Assembly (NCBI GenBank): GCA_027923505.1
Contig: BROI01000004.1
Span: forward strand, 372,001-436,000
DNA length: 64,000 nt
Direction of reading: 5' to 3'
Source of the DNA: Mayamaea pseudoterrestris
Lineage: Eukaryota
Each line of letters opens with the position of its first letter. The first letter of the stretch is position 1. Below the pieces are notes generated by a model, which was not told the origin of the DNA, did no database searches, and saw only the letters and a program-made list of their open reading frames with translations. Made by a program: the position numbers and the translations under genes. Shown here piece by piece: positions 34,138-45,881 of this stretch.

Positions 34138-36967
34138 GGTAGAGGCTGTGGGTAATGAGTGTTAAAGTAGGTGAGTAATTCAGAGTCAGACAAATGCCAC
34201 AAACGGGAGGCCTTGTCCGCCATTTCATTCACTGGACCAGGAATGTAATCATGGAGTGGAACATAGCGATGTGTGCGTTGATGCAAGGACTGGCATCTGA
34301 GTAGGTATGCTGCTGGGCCAGTGGAGGTAGTGGAGCCCTTGCGCTGCCAAGCGACAGCTGGAGTGTTGTCGTGGGAGGTGTGAATGGTGCGCTCACGGAT
34401 GTCAAAATTGTGTGCCAAAACATCATGATGGAGAACCGTCCCAAACAATTCCAAATCACTATTGGTAATAGTGCCATGTGGGTTGTCAAAACTCACCAAG
34501 TCCGCCTCAATGTGAGGAGGGAACCTGGCACGCCACAAGATTGGTTGTAGGGCATTGGTGGGCATGGAGACAAAGGCCACGGCCCCAGCGCCACGACCAG
34601 ATGCATCAGTAGTGCCCACAATAGCCGGGTCATCAGGAATCAATTCAGCAATGCGTGTTGGTCGTGTCTCTAGACCAGCCGCAATCCATCGAAAATCTTC
34701 CAGAAAGTCATGCACTGCCTGGGTCAACCGCAAACGACCAGAGTGACCATCAGGATGGCGAAAGGCCTCTTGCAAGGAACTGAACAGACCACGGCGCCCA
34801 GTGGATGCAAGGACATGGAGCGCAGCTCGCCCAAGAACTTGTGCCACTGCTTGGTGGCAATGCGGCGCCGCGTAGGAGGGATACTAGCTAGGATCTCACG
34901 TAGGCGTTCCAGGCGATGGGCTGGCAATGCAACACTCATCGCACCGGTATCAACCAACCAACCCAGGACTTGCTTGCGAGTGGTCGCACAAGCTCCTTTG
35001 AGTAACTTCTTGACAGACACTGGTTCTTGACGAGCAGGTAAGTCAGTGGGCTCCAGTGGGCGTAGAACTTGGTCAAATGTGTGCAGGAGAACACGTTGCA
35101 ACCTTAGCAGCCGATCCGGATTGCCTTGGGCTAAAGCAATCAAGTCATCCACATACAAGTCATTGTATGCAACAGGACGCTGGAGGATATCAGAGCGCTG
35201 GCGTGGAGCAGGAAGAGGCGCCACACTAGGATCATTGATGGGCGTATCCTCCACAGTCACAACAGGTGGGACAGAGCCGTGTGCGGGCACACTTCCAGGC
35301 AGGGGTGTTGGAGTGGTGGTAGCTGGTAAGGTTTGAGCTTGTAACTCCAGACGGTGAGGCGGTGGTGACTTGGCACCACACTGGAAGGCTTGATTGGCTA
35401 AGTCACAAATGGTCTCTGTCACTGCACAGAAATAGGGTGGAGAATGAATCCAACCCATAGGCAGTGTGAGTGGAAAAGCAATCAGAGGCTCCTCACCAGC
35501 ACACTGAGGAAACAAGACACCAAGCTTGGGGATATCTCCAGGCAGCAAACGCACACGGTAAAATCCATCAGCAATATCCAACTTGGACATGTGGACGGGC
35601 CCATAGCGGGGGTTGGCTCGAGCAATGCGTTGCAGCAAACGATAAAAAGTGCGGCCAAACTGCATGGACTCCAGTGGCGCAACTGCAGCAGTGTCATCAT
35701 TGACCCCAAAGTAGCTGTAGTCAGAGATGGTCCGAGGTCGCCGGTCTCGCTGAGGCACAACACCAAGAGGACTGAGTCGGAGTTGTTCCATTCCAAGGAC
35801 CTGTGAGGCTGGTAGGACGGTCCAGTGGCCTTTCTTGATCATGTCAGTGAACTCCTCCCGCAGAAAAGCAGTGTGTTCAAAGGCAGACTTGTGAGGGCCC
35901 CTCTTGAGCGCCATTTGCTTTTGTGCTAGTGTCCAAGGCTTTTTCTGCATAATGGCTGGTGCGCCACGTGCATCCAATTGGTGTAGCAAATGTGCAGCTG
36001 GATGATCCAGATCCTTGACGCTGGGCTGTAAGTCAGAGGCGCCGCGGCTGGCCTCCACAAAAGCACGCCAATCCGGAGACAAAGCAAGACGTGCAGATGC
36101 CTCCTGAACCAGCTGCCCCAATTCATCATCAAGTAGTTGCAAGGATGAGGTGTTGGTGTGTGTAGGCAACTTGGATGTAGGAAGACTGCCAGGCAAAGTG
36201 TAAGGAGGTGCAGATGCCTTTGGGGAGACCAGGTCATGTGCCTTTGGCTGAGAGGCCCAGTGTGGAGCCCAGCCAGTTGCCATGGCAGGTAACTGTGCAG
36301 GTGCAGCAGTGGCTTCCATTGAGAGTGGAGCAGCCTTGCTGAATGCCAAGTGTGGTGCCATGGTAGGAGCAGCCTTGCTGGCAACCAAGTGTGGAGCCAT
36401 GGCTTGGTGTGACACCACAACTGGGGAGGCGCCAGTACATGGGACTGGAGCAGCCACTGGAGAGGCATCAGCGGTGTGAAGGCCTGGAGAAGCCACATCC
36501 TCAGGTGCGACGGCGACAGACGATTCAAGGGGGCCTGGAGAAGCCACAGCCTGGTGTGTAGGTGTGACGGCAACAGATGGATTGGTGCTAGGAGCCAAGG
36601 TTGGACGACACTCAGGGTGGACAACTTGACGACTTGCTTGGAGTTGACTTGCTTGGACTTGGACCAGGGACGCAGTGGGACCGGGGACAGAGGCCAATTT
36701 GATTACATTCCTGGCAGCAGTAGGCAAGAGACGTGGTGTGGGCAGTAACAATGGTTCTTTCTGCACAACATGCACGCCAGCTTGCTTACCAAGTTCAGGA
36801 GATAGGACAGGTGACACAGTAGATTTAAAACGTTTACTACTGGGCGACTTAATTACTGGAACTACTTCTTCATTTTCGACAACTGGACCTGCGACTCTGG
36901 ATGGTGGAACAGCAGAGGTTGCAGGCGTCAGCGGATTATAACATATAGGGATCCGCCCGCCGGACCG
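33655..36967 (-). pseudogene. Retroelement pol: Pro/Ala linker, reverse transcriptase and RNase H, frameshifted near 34800
   Basis: Frame is open from the TGA at 36970-36968. SPLGVVPQRDRRPRTISDYS, YVDD; ELRSMSL continues as RGLFSSLQ in another frame, then RNase H. Confidence 0.85.
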
Positions 36968-39128
36968 TCAATCAATGCGGGGCTCAAGATGCTCCAATGC
37001 CCAAGCCAACAAGGCATCATCAGCTGCCTGACTATGCTTGATGTGGTCGGCTTTGCGCTGAGTCACATTTGCCACGCAAATGATAAGCCATGCAGGGAGC
37101 AGTAGCGAGTCCTGGGATGCTATCCTTGGTGGGCCAACTCTTGTCCTCGGGATTCTTCCTCATCAAGCGGAGTTGGCGCTTGTCCTTCTGGAAGGCTTCA
37201 AAGGCTGGGTTGTAATCCAGGTTGATGACCACCGCATTCGCCTTGGTAGAAGGACTGTTGCCGCTTGCACCCGTCAAAGTAGAAGCCGCGGTGGTATGAG
37301 TGCCTTTGCTGTTGACACTGCTACCAACCTTGATGGATCCTGGGATGTCGGCTGCCTTGTTGAGTTGCTTGCTTAGTTGAGTGCAATACTTGGCAGGCAA
37401 AGGAGGCAGGACAGAGAGATTGCCAATTTCCAAGTCCTCCATGACACTGGCCAGATCCGGGACGGCCTTGTAGGTGGGAGAAGTCTCCATAGTCTTGAAC
37501 CAACGGTGGAAGCGGACTTGGACTGCTCGCAGCATGAGGGAGGGTCCCTGCTCACCAAGGCTAGCCAAGGCGTGCTGATAGGTAGGAATGTTGGCTTCAA
37601 ATGTCTTGGTCCAATGCTCCAACGTGCAGACAAGCTCATGATCTTCCCCAAAGTACTGTGTGAGGAGGATTAGGTAGGCCCGGCACATGCGTGCTGCCAG
37701 GAAGTAGTTGGTTGGCAGCACCACTTTGGAAGTAACAGCCTGGAGTTCCTTAGTATCTTGGTAGGTGATTGCATGACCGCCACTTAGGATGTCGTCATGC
37801 GCCTGCGCCGCTTGGAGGACTTCAGCTGACATGTTTGAGCCTTGGAGAACAGTCAGATTGGGTGGTACCATCATGAAGACATTGATGCCTCCACTAAAAT
37901 CATCCTTGTCGGCGCCTGCAAAGTCTCCATCTTGAAGCCGTCGGCTAATGTGCGGCGTCACAATAGGAGCATAGTCTTGGTTACCCGCTGCCACCGCACC
38001 CTCAACTAGATGGTCTTGCACTACCTTGCGCTTGTCCTTGTCAGCCGTGGCGGCGAGGAGGTGGTGCAGTTCGGGATAGCCACTTGGTGAAGCAATGCGT
38101 AGCATGATGCTAGTGCGCCGTAATTGTGTCGCAGTTAAAATGTCGGAGACTTTCTTGGGTGCCTTGGCTGCTTCGGCGCGAGCCTCTTCACGGGCTCGGA
38201 CTTCGGCTGCATCCTTAGCTTGGCGCTCCAAAAGGTTGACCAAAGCACTTTGATTTGGATCGGGTTGGGCGAACAAGTCCGGCAAGAGGCGCCGCAAGTT
38301 GGTCGAGGTGAACCGGGCCACATCGGCATCCCAGCTCGGAGCGGCTCGTGCAATTCCTGGAATAGTAGGCACTCCATCAGCGGCTCGGCAAGTAACCAAT
38401 AGCTTTAGCCAAGTGCAAAGGTTGGTCAAGACATGTTCCAGCCCCGCATCAATAATAGCCGGCGCCAAACGGTCGAAGAATTCGCGCCGCGTAAAACCCT
38501 GCCCAATCACCAGCGGTGCGAACCGCACGGGCAAGGCCTGAACCATCCGCGCACGACCTTGGACAATGGTCGCATCGTCTTCGTCAACCGGCTGCAATGG
38601 AGGCAAATACTCAGTGCCAGCAGGCAAGCCTTGCAATCGCTCCATTGTTTGTGCCAATGTTGCTGGCACATTTGTGAAGTGCCCGTTCAATGGACTGAGA
38701 TGAAAATCTGCCACCGTCAGTTCGACGAGGCCTGCCGTGCCTTGGAAAACCTCCGTACCAAAACCGATGACTCGATTGTCCCAGCGGTTGGTGCGACCTG
38801 CAACGGCAAGGTACCGCTGGGCCCCGACAATGGCGTGAATGCAACCATGCATAGGCTGGTCGGCCTCGACCAAGGCAGCAACAAGAATGGGAGCGGTCTC
38901 CAAGGGCGTGTCGACCAAACCTTTAAAGCAATCAGCTGCAGTTAAAGGAGGATCGGCAGTGCGAGTGAGACCGTTCAAACCATTGTATTCACCGTTCAAA
39001 GGATCATTACTTGCCTGACTGTAACGGGCAAGGAAGGTGACCGTAGGGAGAGTGGCCCCGGCAAAAGGAATGGCGGCGGCTGCGGCAGCGGCGTCGGCTC
39101 CATTGACGGCGGCCATGGAGGAATGCAC
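36968..39128 (-). pseudogene. Retroelement ORF1 (gag-like) with terminal Cys/His motif, frameshifted near 37055
   Basis: 698-aa ORF ends CMAYHLRGKCDS. Shifting frame continues RKADHIKHSQAADDALLAWALEHLEPRID* to the TGA at 36970-36968. Confidence 0.75.
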
Positions 39129-39570
39129 TTAATTCTATCTTCTTTCCTTGTCAAAAGCAGCACTCGAGGCAGCTCTCTAAAGGAATCAAAGGACAAGCGA
39201 CTGTAGCAACAACAACAGGAGGGGCTGCTTGGAAGGAGCTTGCCTTCTTCAAAAGAATGGCTCCGAGCAGGGCGAAGGAGGATCAAAGGATGCTCTTCAA
39301 CACGCTCAGGGGCTTATCTGCAACCACGCAGCTTTCAAAGCCGTATGGTGTCGCCACGCTGGCGACTGTAACATATAGTGTAGTCTTTTCCTTCCGCTTT
39401 CAGCTGCGGCAAAGACGAGCCGTCAAAAGTCCTTCAACTTCGAGAGGGTGAACCAAGCAATCGACCGGCGTCGAAGAAGTATAGCAACTACCTGTAGCCA
39501 ACAAGCAGCATTGAGAGCTGAATAAAGACTAGATAAAACCATTTGAACCAATAAGCTAGGCGAAAAGAAG

Positions 39571-41810
39571 ATGAAGCTGCAATTTGTCGTGTCGGCGCAG
39601 CTGCTTGCAGTGACTGTCTCTTTTCAAACGCACCGTGCATACTTCTTGTCAAAGCCATTGCTACAGACGACGACGACATTGAGAGCACGGGGAGAGGAGC
39701 CAATTGTCAGAAACTTCAATGTTTTAGTACCCCAGCGCTCGCCATATTCGGGACGGTTCCCAGAAGAAATCACGGCGCCCGGACTGTCATCAGCACCTGC
39801 ACCATCCGTCGCACCCCCTGCTGTCGTGTCGGCTCCTCCAGCACCAGTCTTTGTCGCCCCAGATCCTCCAGTGCCTCCTCAACCAGTATCTATTGTTCCA
39901 GATGTCATTGCAACTCCCGAGCCAGAGATTATTCAGCAAGTCGCGCCGCCACCACCAATCTCCTTTCCTGACGCGCCAATTGCAAGCACGCATTCCGCAG
40001 CAGTATCATCCGCCGGTACAAACCCATACTTGGAACGCATGCGCGAGAATCACCAAGAATTTCGTGCCATGGTCAAGGGTTCCCTACAGGAGTTCGGCGA
40101 CTCGGACGCTGGCGGTGCGCTTCAGGACAAGCTTGCCAATCTAAAGTCACTCAACGTTGATACATCAAACGGTTGGCCTGCACTTCGAGACAATCTCAAC
40201 AAGCTTACTCTTGATACAAACAAATTATTTCAGGACTCGTTCAACCAAATTCCAGCTGACCAAATGCGCACGAGCATTCAAAACGCTGCAAGCTTGGTGG
40301 GAAGACAAGGAACGACGGCCGATCAAGTATTGCAGGCACTCAATACCAAAGAGTTGGGTTCATGGTATGCCGGCATTATCAGTGTCATTGTATTGGGTGT
40401 CGTGGCAACGGCTAGTTCGAAGTCGGCGAGTGATGAAGTTGCAACTGTGGCAAAGTCCAACGAGGACAGCATTTTGGATAGTAGCAGCAGCATTCCACCA
40501 ACGCTTGTGGACGATTTGACGGAAACAAACACAGCAATTCCAGCTAGTAGTACCATGGAGCAGCAGATCATGCAGCTCACGCAGGCGACTGCAGCAGTAT
40601 CCAAGGAACTCAAGGATTTAAAGTTGACACTGGCCGAACGTGACTACACAATTGCGTCCATGCAGAGCGAATTTCGTGTCGTGCAGAATGAGCTGACAAT
40701 GTTGAGAACTGTAGAGGAACAACTTGGTACCAAATTAAAACGAGTGGAACACGAGTTGGCGGAAAAGGTTGGGGAATTGGAAGAGGAGCGAGCGATGCGT
40801 GTCAAATTTGAGGCTGAGTTGAAAGAAGCGTCGAGCAAGGCAGCGAAGAGTAGTCTTAAAGAGGCTGAACCAATTAAGTCGGAGGCACTAGAAAAGCCAG
40901 CACCAAAAGCATCGAAATCTTCGAAAGCCGCTACGGCTTCCAAAGCTTCGCCGGCACCAGTAGAAGTGCCATTGAGCGAGAATGTGGCATCGAACGCGTC
41001 GAATCCTGCTGCTCCAGCACCTGCACCCAAATCAGCGCCCGAGAAACAACCTGCGACAAAGAAGATGTCAGAGCCTATCGCCTCTACGCCTAATCCAGAG
41101 CCAGTAGCGGTACAAAAAGCTGCGAGCGAAAAACCCCAAGCGACCAAGAAGGCGCCCAAGTCTGCCGCCTCTGCACCAATTCCAGCACCCGCACCATCAC
41201 CCAAAGTTGCAATCGCGACACCACCAGCGACAAAGAAAGTAGATGAATTACTCGCGCCTTCAACAAATCTTGATCCTGTATCTCCACCTAAGACTGCGTC
41301 TTCGAAGGCACCTGCGACCAAGGCATTTGCCGAGCCAGTCGCTCCATCGCCGTCTCCAAAGGCTGCTACTCTGAAAAAGGCTCCAAAGAAAGCTCCTGCC
41401 AAGACTGTCACAGCAGATGCTTCTGCACAAGTCTCTGCACCAGCATCCACAACTACGTTGGACAATGCAATTAGCAAGAAAGCGTCATCGCCTGTATCTG
41501 AACCTTTTTTCGCTGCGGTTGCCACCAACACTACCGAGTCTATCGCGACAAAAGCTCCGACATCGTCACCCGTTGCTTCCAGTGACGATTGGAGCAAGTT
41601 TTCGACTTCGACCTTGACAAGAAAGTCGATTGCTGAACTAACTGATTATCTAAAAGTGAAGGTGAGTTTGCATGCAGAAATATATTGCTGGCGGATGTAG
41701 AGCGACCGGATTCTAACACAAACGTTTCGATACAGGGGGTTTCTGTCGTTGATAGTAGTGGCAAAAATTTGAAGAAGGCAGAACTGGTTCGAGCAGTGCA
41801 GTCGGCGTGA
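39571..41810 (+). CDS. Putative plastid-targeted membrane protein: TM helix, coiled coil, Lys/Ala/Pro-rich linker, short C-terminal SAP/Rho-N-like motif
   Basis: Exons 39571-41661 and 41736-41810. Signal MKLQFVVSAQLLAVTVS-F, WYAGIISVIVLGVVATA, heptad-rich region, end LTRKSIAELTDYLKVKGVSV...LKKAELV. Confidence 0.75.
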
Positions 41811-41916
41811 AGGGGAACGATTTCGTTGCAACGCTATTAAAATTGCTTGACTGTAAATTACCACTAAATTTGTAACATACAACTTTGAAAGTCAAGCAAG
41901 TCATCATTGACATACG

Positions 41917-44900
41917 CTACTGTATGACGCCTTTCGCAAAGTACCTAGCGATGGTATCGAATCTGTCGTCGGCCTGACTTAGATCTCTCCAGAAATTTTC
42001 TCGCAGGGATTCAGACACGTCCTGTCGAGATTCTCCATCGCCGGCTCGGACCTTGGCATAAACCTCGTCAATGTTTAATCGTGATATGGTTCCTTCCGAA
42101 CTTGATGGAAGGGATAACGATATTCGCAGAAGAGAGTCGATCTCATTCTCCATCGAATTGCAAAGATGGTTGTACTCTTCGACTTCGCTAGTCAACCGCG
42201 ATATTTCTTTTCTGGAATCCTCTAGAATGGATCCGACGTAGTCTAGCGCGACCGATAATGGAACTGTCTGCCGGTTGAGCGTCTTGTTGAAATTCTTTTC
42301 ACTGAATTGACCAGTTCCTTCACCTGCAAGGATGCGAGCAACCCGTACGGGAGGCAATAAACCCTGATCTTTGGCTAGCGCAAGCGCCTCCTGAATATCT
42401 TCAAGAATTTCGTCTGCCTCGTCCTCTTCGTCAGAATCATCTTCATTTTCACTCTGTTTTGGGGACTGCAGGATATCGAATGAGGTCATGATGATGGAAG
42501 AAATAAGTCCACAACGTGTACAGTACCAACTGACTCACCACTTTTAACTTTTCGCCTACAAGGTTGACAAAGTGGCCAAGAACGTCCGCCAACACTTCTG
42601 GATCAGTCCGGCTCATTGCAAGAAGAGCGCGTCGAGACTTTTCACTGCCATCTTTGGCATACCTCTCTAGTAACATGGGCGTCATCTGGAGCCGTTCGTA
42701 CAGCAGTAATTCACCATCTTTAAACCCTGATAATTGCACAAGAACGAGAGCATCATACTCGCCAATTTCACCGCAATGACTGTCCGTCAGCGCCGTTATA
42801 ATTTCTTGGTGCCTCAGCTTCTCAACCTCAATGTCGCCGTTCCGCTTGGCCTGTTTCCACTCATCAAGAGTTACCTCAAGTAACGTACGACGTAACGATG
42901 GCGTCAAGTAGCACCTACTGCGATTACAATGAGCGAGAATGAGACGCAACATCTTTGAATTCTCAACAAATGCAGGTGCAAACAAGTGCACTGGGTACGG
43001 AGGATGAAGTATATCCTCTGGCGAGAGTTCAATCATTTTGGAAAGGGACGCCGAGTCCACTAATGAAGCTTCAGCTAGAAAATTTGGTGAAAATTTGCCG
43101 ACGCACAGGGCGACGACAACTCCGGCAGTCTCTCGTGGTAGAACGCGAGCCAGGCTGACGCCGTGAACCACTAGTATTTCCGCCACTTGCTGGGCATCCA
43201 ACGTGCAGATAGTAGCCAGTGCATCGCGAGGGTTTTCCGATATATTTGCCAGAATTGCCGATAAGGATGCTTTGTTAACCAAACTGGATGTTGAAGCCAC
43301 CAAAGCATCCGCCGCTTCGATATCGTTGAGCTTTAAATAACATGTTCGCAGCAATTCAATATGGACAGAAGTCGCCAACTCCAACTCTCGTAGCTTCTCC
43401 AAATACTTGACCAGTAAAGGAATTTTCGGTGCGTCAAGGAAACGAAAAATGACATGAGAGCTCTCCAGCGACCCAATCGTATGGATGTATTGATCCATTG
43501 CTCCCGCGTAGTCGTCCTTGCTGTACAAATGCTCGGCGTATTCTCGAAACAATGCTGTGACGTCAGCCGCATCGTACGATGGATCCGCGTAAGCAATGAC
43601 AATTGCTGCAGAATACAAGTTCTTCTGTACGAGCAACGATATTTTCTCTTGCGTCAACTTTTCCGCCAAAGTAATCAGAGACCCACCCGATGTTAAAACG
43701 ACGGCACTTGATCGCCCGCTACTTCCGCTCCCTTCCTCACTCTGTACAGGTAACGTCGCTACACCTGCAGCTCGCACCGCACGATGTCCCGGCGACAGCA
43801 ACAAGTGGAAGGCAACAAGCTTGTTAACGGTGTCATAAACATCAACAGCATCGCGCCCCGACTTTTCGTCCGTCGATGCCACGAGAGCGTAACCACTGGA
43901 AACTTGATCCGACTGCACGATTCGCAAGCGCTCGGCCGGCGTTGGCGGCGGAATCCCACAATAAGCCAGTTTGGTGCCTTCGACAGGGGCAACGTTGGTG
44001 CGTTCGGTCCGCTGGTACGAGTACAACCCGTCGTTTCGAGCGACAGTGATTGTGACTTGTCCCTGAACCCAAGTGGCATCAATCAATGACGCCGCGTTTA
44101 CCGGTCGTCCATCCAAATCATGCCTCGCAGATGGCGCTGACAAAGTAGAGTTTCCAGCAGGAAGAGCCATATCGTATGAACACAGACCGACGGCAGAAGT
44201 CATGTTATTATTGCTGGCTAAAGTGCCAACATCCTTGGGTCGATAGGCACAAAATACGCTTGCACGCTGCTGCTGATCCACTAGCGCCAGTTTGACACTG
44301 ACAACTTGTAAGCCTTCCGCCGACGGTGGTGCTGGAATGCGCAAGTATGGCCGCAGTGTATTGTTGCGTAAAGCCACGGCTTGACTGTGGCTGTGATTTT
44401 GCGTATTGTAGGAAAACACCAAAACGACTCCAGAGTCCGTTCCAATAGCCACCATGCCTGGAACAATATCAACTGTCGTGCAGTTACCGTCACTGACACT
44501 CCAAGAATGTAAAAGGCGCCAGAATTTAATGGTTGCTACATCCTCCATTGTTAAGTTTGGTGCAGTCTTGGCAGAAGGCAATGGTTTCTGACATGACAAA
44601 TGCAAATGAGGATCCTCCCATACGACCAATTGATTGGCCGAGACACATGCTAAATGTAGAGGGCCCTGTGGTGGCATTTGAAGCTGCTGCTTGCTGTGAG
44701 TAGTGCCATTATTCGAAACAGAAAGCCGACAAGCCGCTATACCAATTACGTGATCAAGTTCCTTTGTCGCTTGCCTTCGCTGCGGCTGCGGACTTGACGA
44801 CGACGCAGACGCCTTGACGGTTACTGGCGCGACCAAGGCCGACAAGACGCTAAATGGTGCAAAATAGCCTCGCCAGCCATCCAGGTCATCCAGATCCTGT

Positions 44901-45436
44901 TCCATGGCAAAGGGTGGATTGCAGCGAACTGTCAAATCGACGCAGTGCACGTAATGCGAGTCTCGTGACGAGATAAAGGCCAAGACCAAACCCTCAGCTG
45001 TCTTGGAAATATTCTTGTCAGTTACGTTCGATGGAGAAAGAATAAGCGCAAGTTGCTGCTGCTGACTCGGCAAGTGCACCAAACCTGCAGTTGATGTATC
45101 GTCTGTGTTGGCAGCTGCAGTTGCGCTACAAGCCGTTAAAGACGACCAGAAAGCCTGCAGCGATTCGCCATTTTTCCTCTGCTTGACGTTAACCGCGCTA
45201 GTATCATTTGTATTCGCAGTTGCAGGAGTTGGTTTCGAGTCGAGAGGCAAGGAAGCAGTCGTAACGACGAGGCTAATTGCCGTGTCCTCCGCAAGGTTGC
45301 TGCTGCTTACTGCGACTACGGTAGACGGCAAATTATCTCCTTCCTTTGCCACAAACAAGTCTTCGACAACTTCCGTCGGCAAGCTAAGAGTATGCCGCTC
45401 GAAAAAGGCGAACCGCTTCCAGCGAGAAGACGCCAT
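41917..45436 (-). CDS. VPS11: Vacuolar protein sorting 11 (HOPS/CORVET core)
   Basis: Exons 45436-42539 and 42465-41917. WKRFAFFE, LVQKNLYSAAI, YAEHLYSKDDYAGAMDQYIHTIG.LESSHVI..FLDA, C-terminal FDTIARYFAKG. Confidence 0.9.
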
Positions 45437-45509
45437 GGTGCCCGAATGGATTTGTGCAGCAAGGCTTCGTCAATCGAGACGCGGTCAGACAGGACTACAC
45501 TATGGTCGA

Positions 45510-45760
45510 TAGTGCCAAAAACTTTGAAAAAATCAAAGTTTTTGGCACTGTAAGCTCAACAGTAGTCATGAGTCCCGGGAAAATCAAAGTTTTTGGCACT
45601 GTGCGCTTAACAGTAGTTTCCTTGAGTCGCGGGAAAATCAAAGTTTTTGGCACTGTGAGCTCAACAGTAGTTGTCATGAGTCCCGGGAAAATCGAAGTTT
45701 TTGGCACTACACTCTAACTTAGAGTGCCAATAACTTTGATTTTCAAAGTTTTTGGCACTA
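45510..45760. mobile_element. MITE-like element with a perfect 21-bp terminal inverted repeat and internal ~52-bp tandem units
   Basis: TAGTGCCAAAAACTTTGAAAA (45510-45530) is the exact reverse complement of 45740-45760. Internal repeats of GGGAAAATCAAAGTTTTTGGCACTGT. Confidence 0.7.
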
Positions 45761-45881
45761 CTCTTTGACTTACAGTGAGATGATCAACGAGTGATAGTGT
45801 GACACTAAAGTCGCGAGAGCCATCCATTACTATTGCTTGCGACTCACACATCTCACAGAACAAAGCTTCAAGCATTCAACC

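Larger units (their letters stand above)
33020..39300 (-). mobile_element. Tyrosine-recombinase (DIRS-order) retrotransposon, decayed; boundaries approximate
   Basis: Order gag-like ORF, RT (LDIADGFY, LPMGW, YVDD), RNase H (TDASG, ELFG, DN, ADKASR) and an overlapping tyrosine recombinase. No integrase, no protease and no LTRs seen. At least three frameshifts. Confidence 0.9.

Noticed and set aside
36327..36402. 39-bp tandem repeat (MAPHL..SKAAP) in the retroelement
   Set aside because: A simple two-copy expansion in the low-complexity pol linker, not a separate element.
32800..39480. Terminal inverted or split-direct repeats of the YR retroelement
   Set aside because: Only 9-10 bp matches were found (e.g. 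GCGACTGTA, TAACATATAG). No convincing termini; the 3' end is probably truncated.
45530..45712. CRISPR-like repeat-spacer appearance
   Set aside because: The 'spacers' are variants of one another, copies occur in both orientations, there are no cas genes, and the context is eukaryotic. It is a tandem/MITE repeat.
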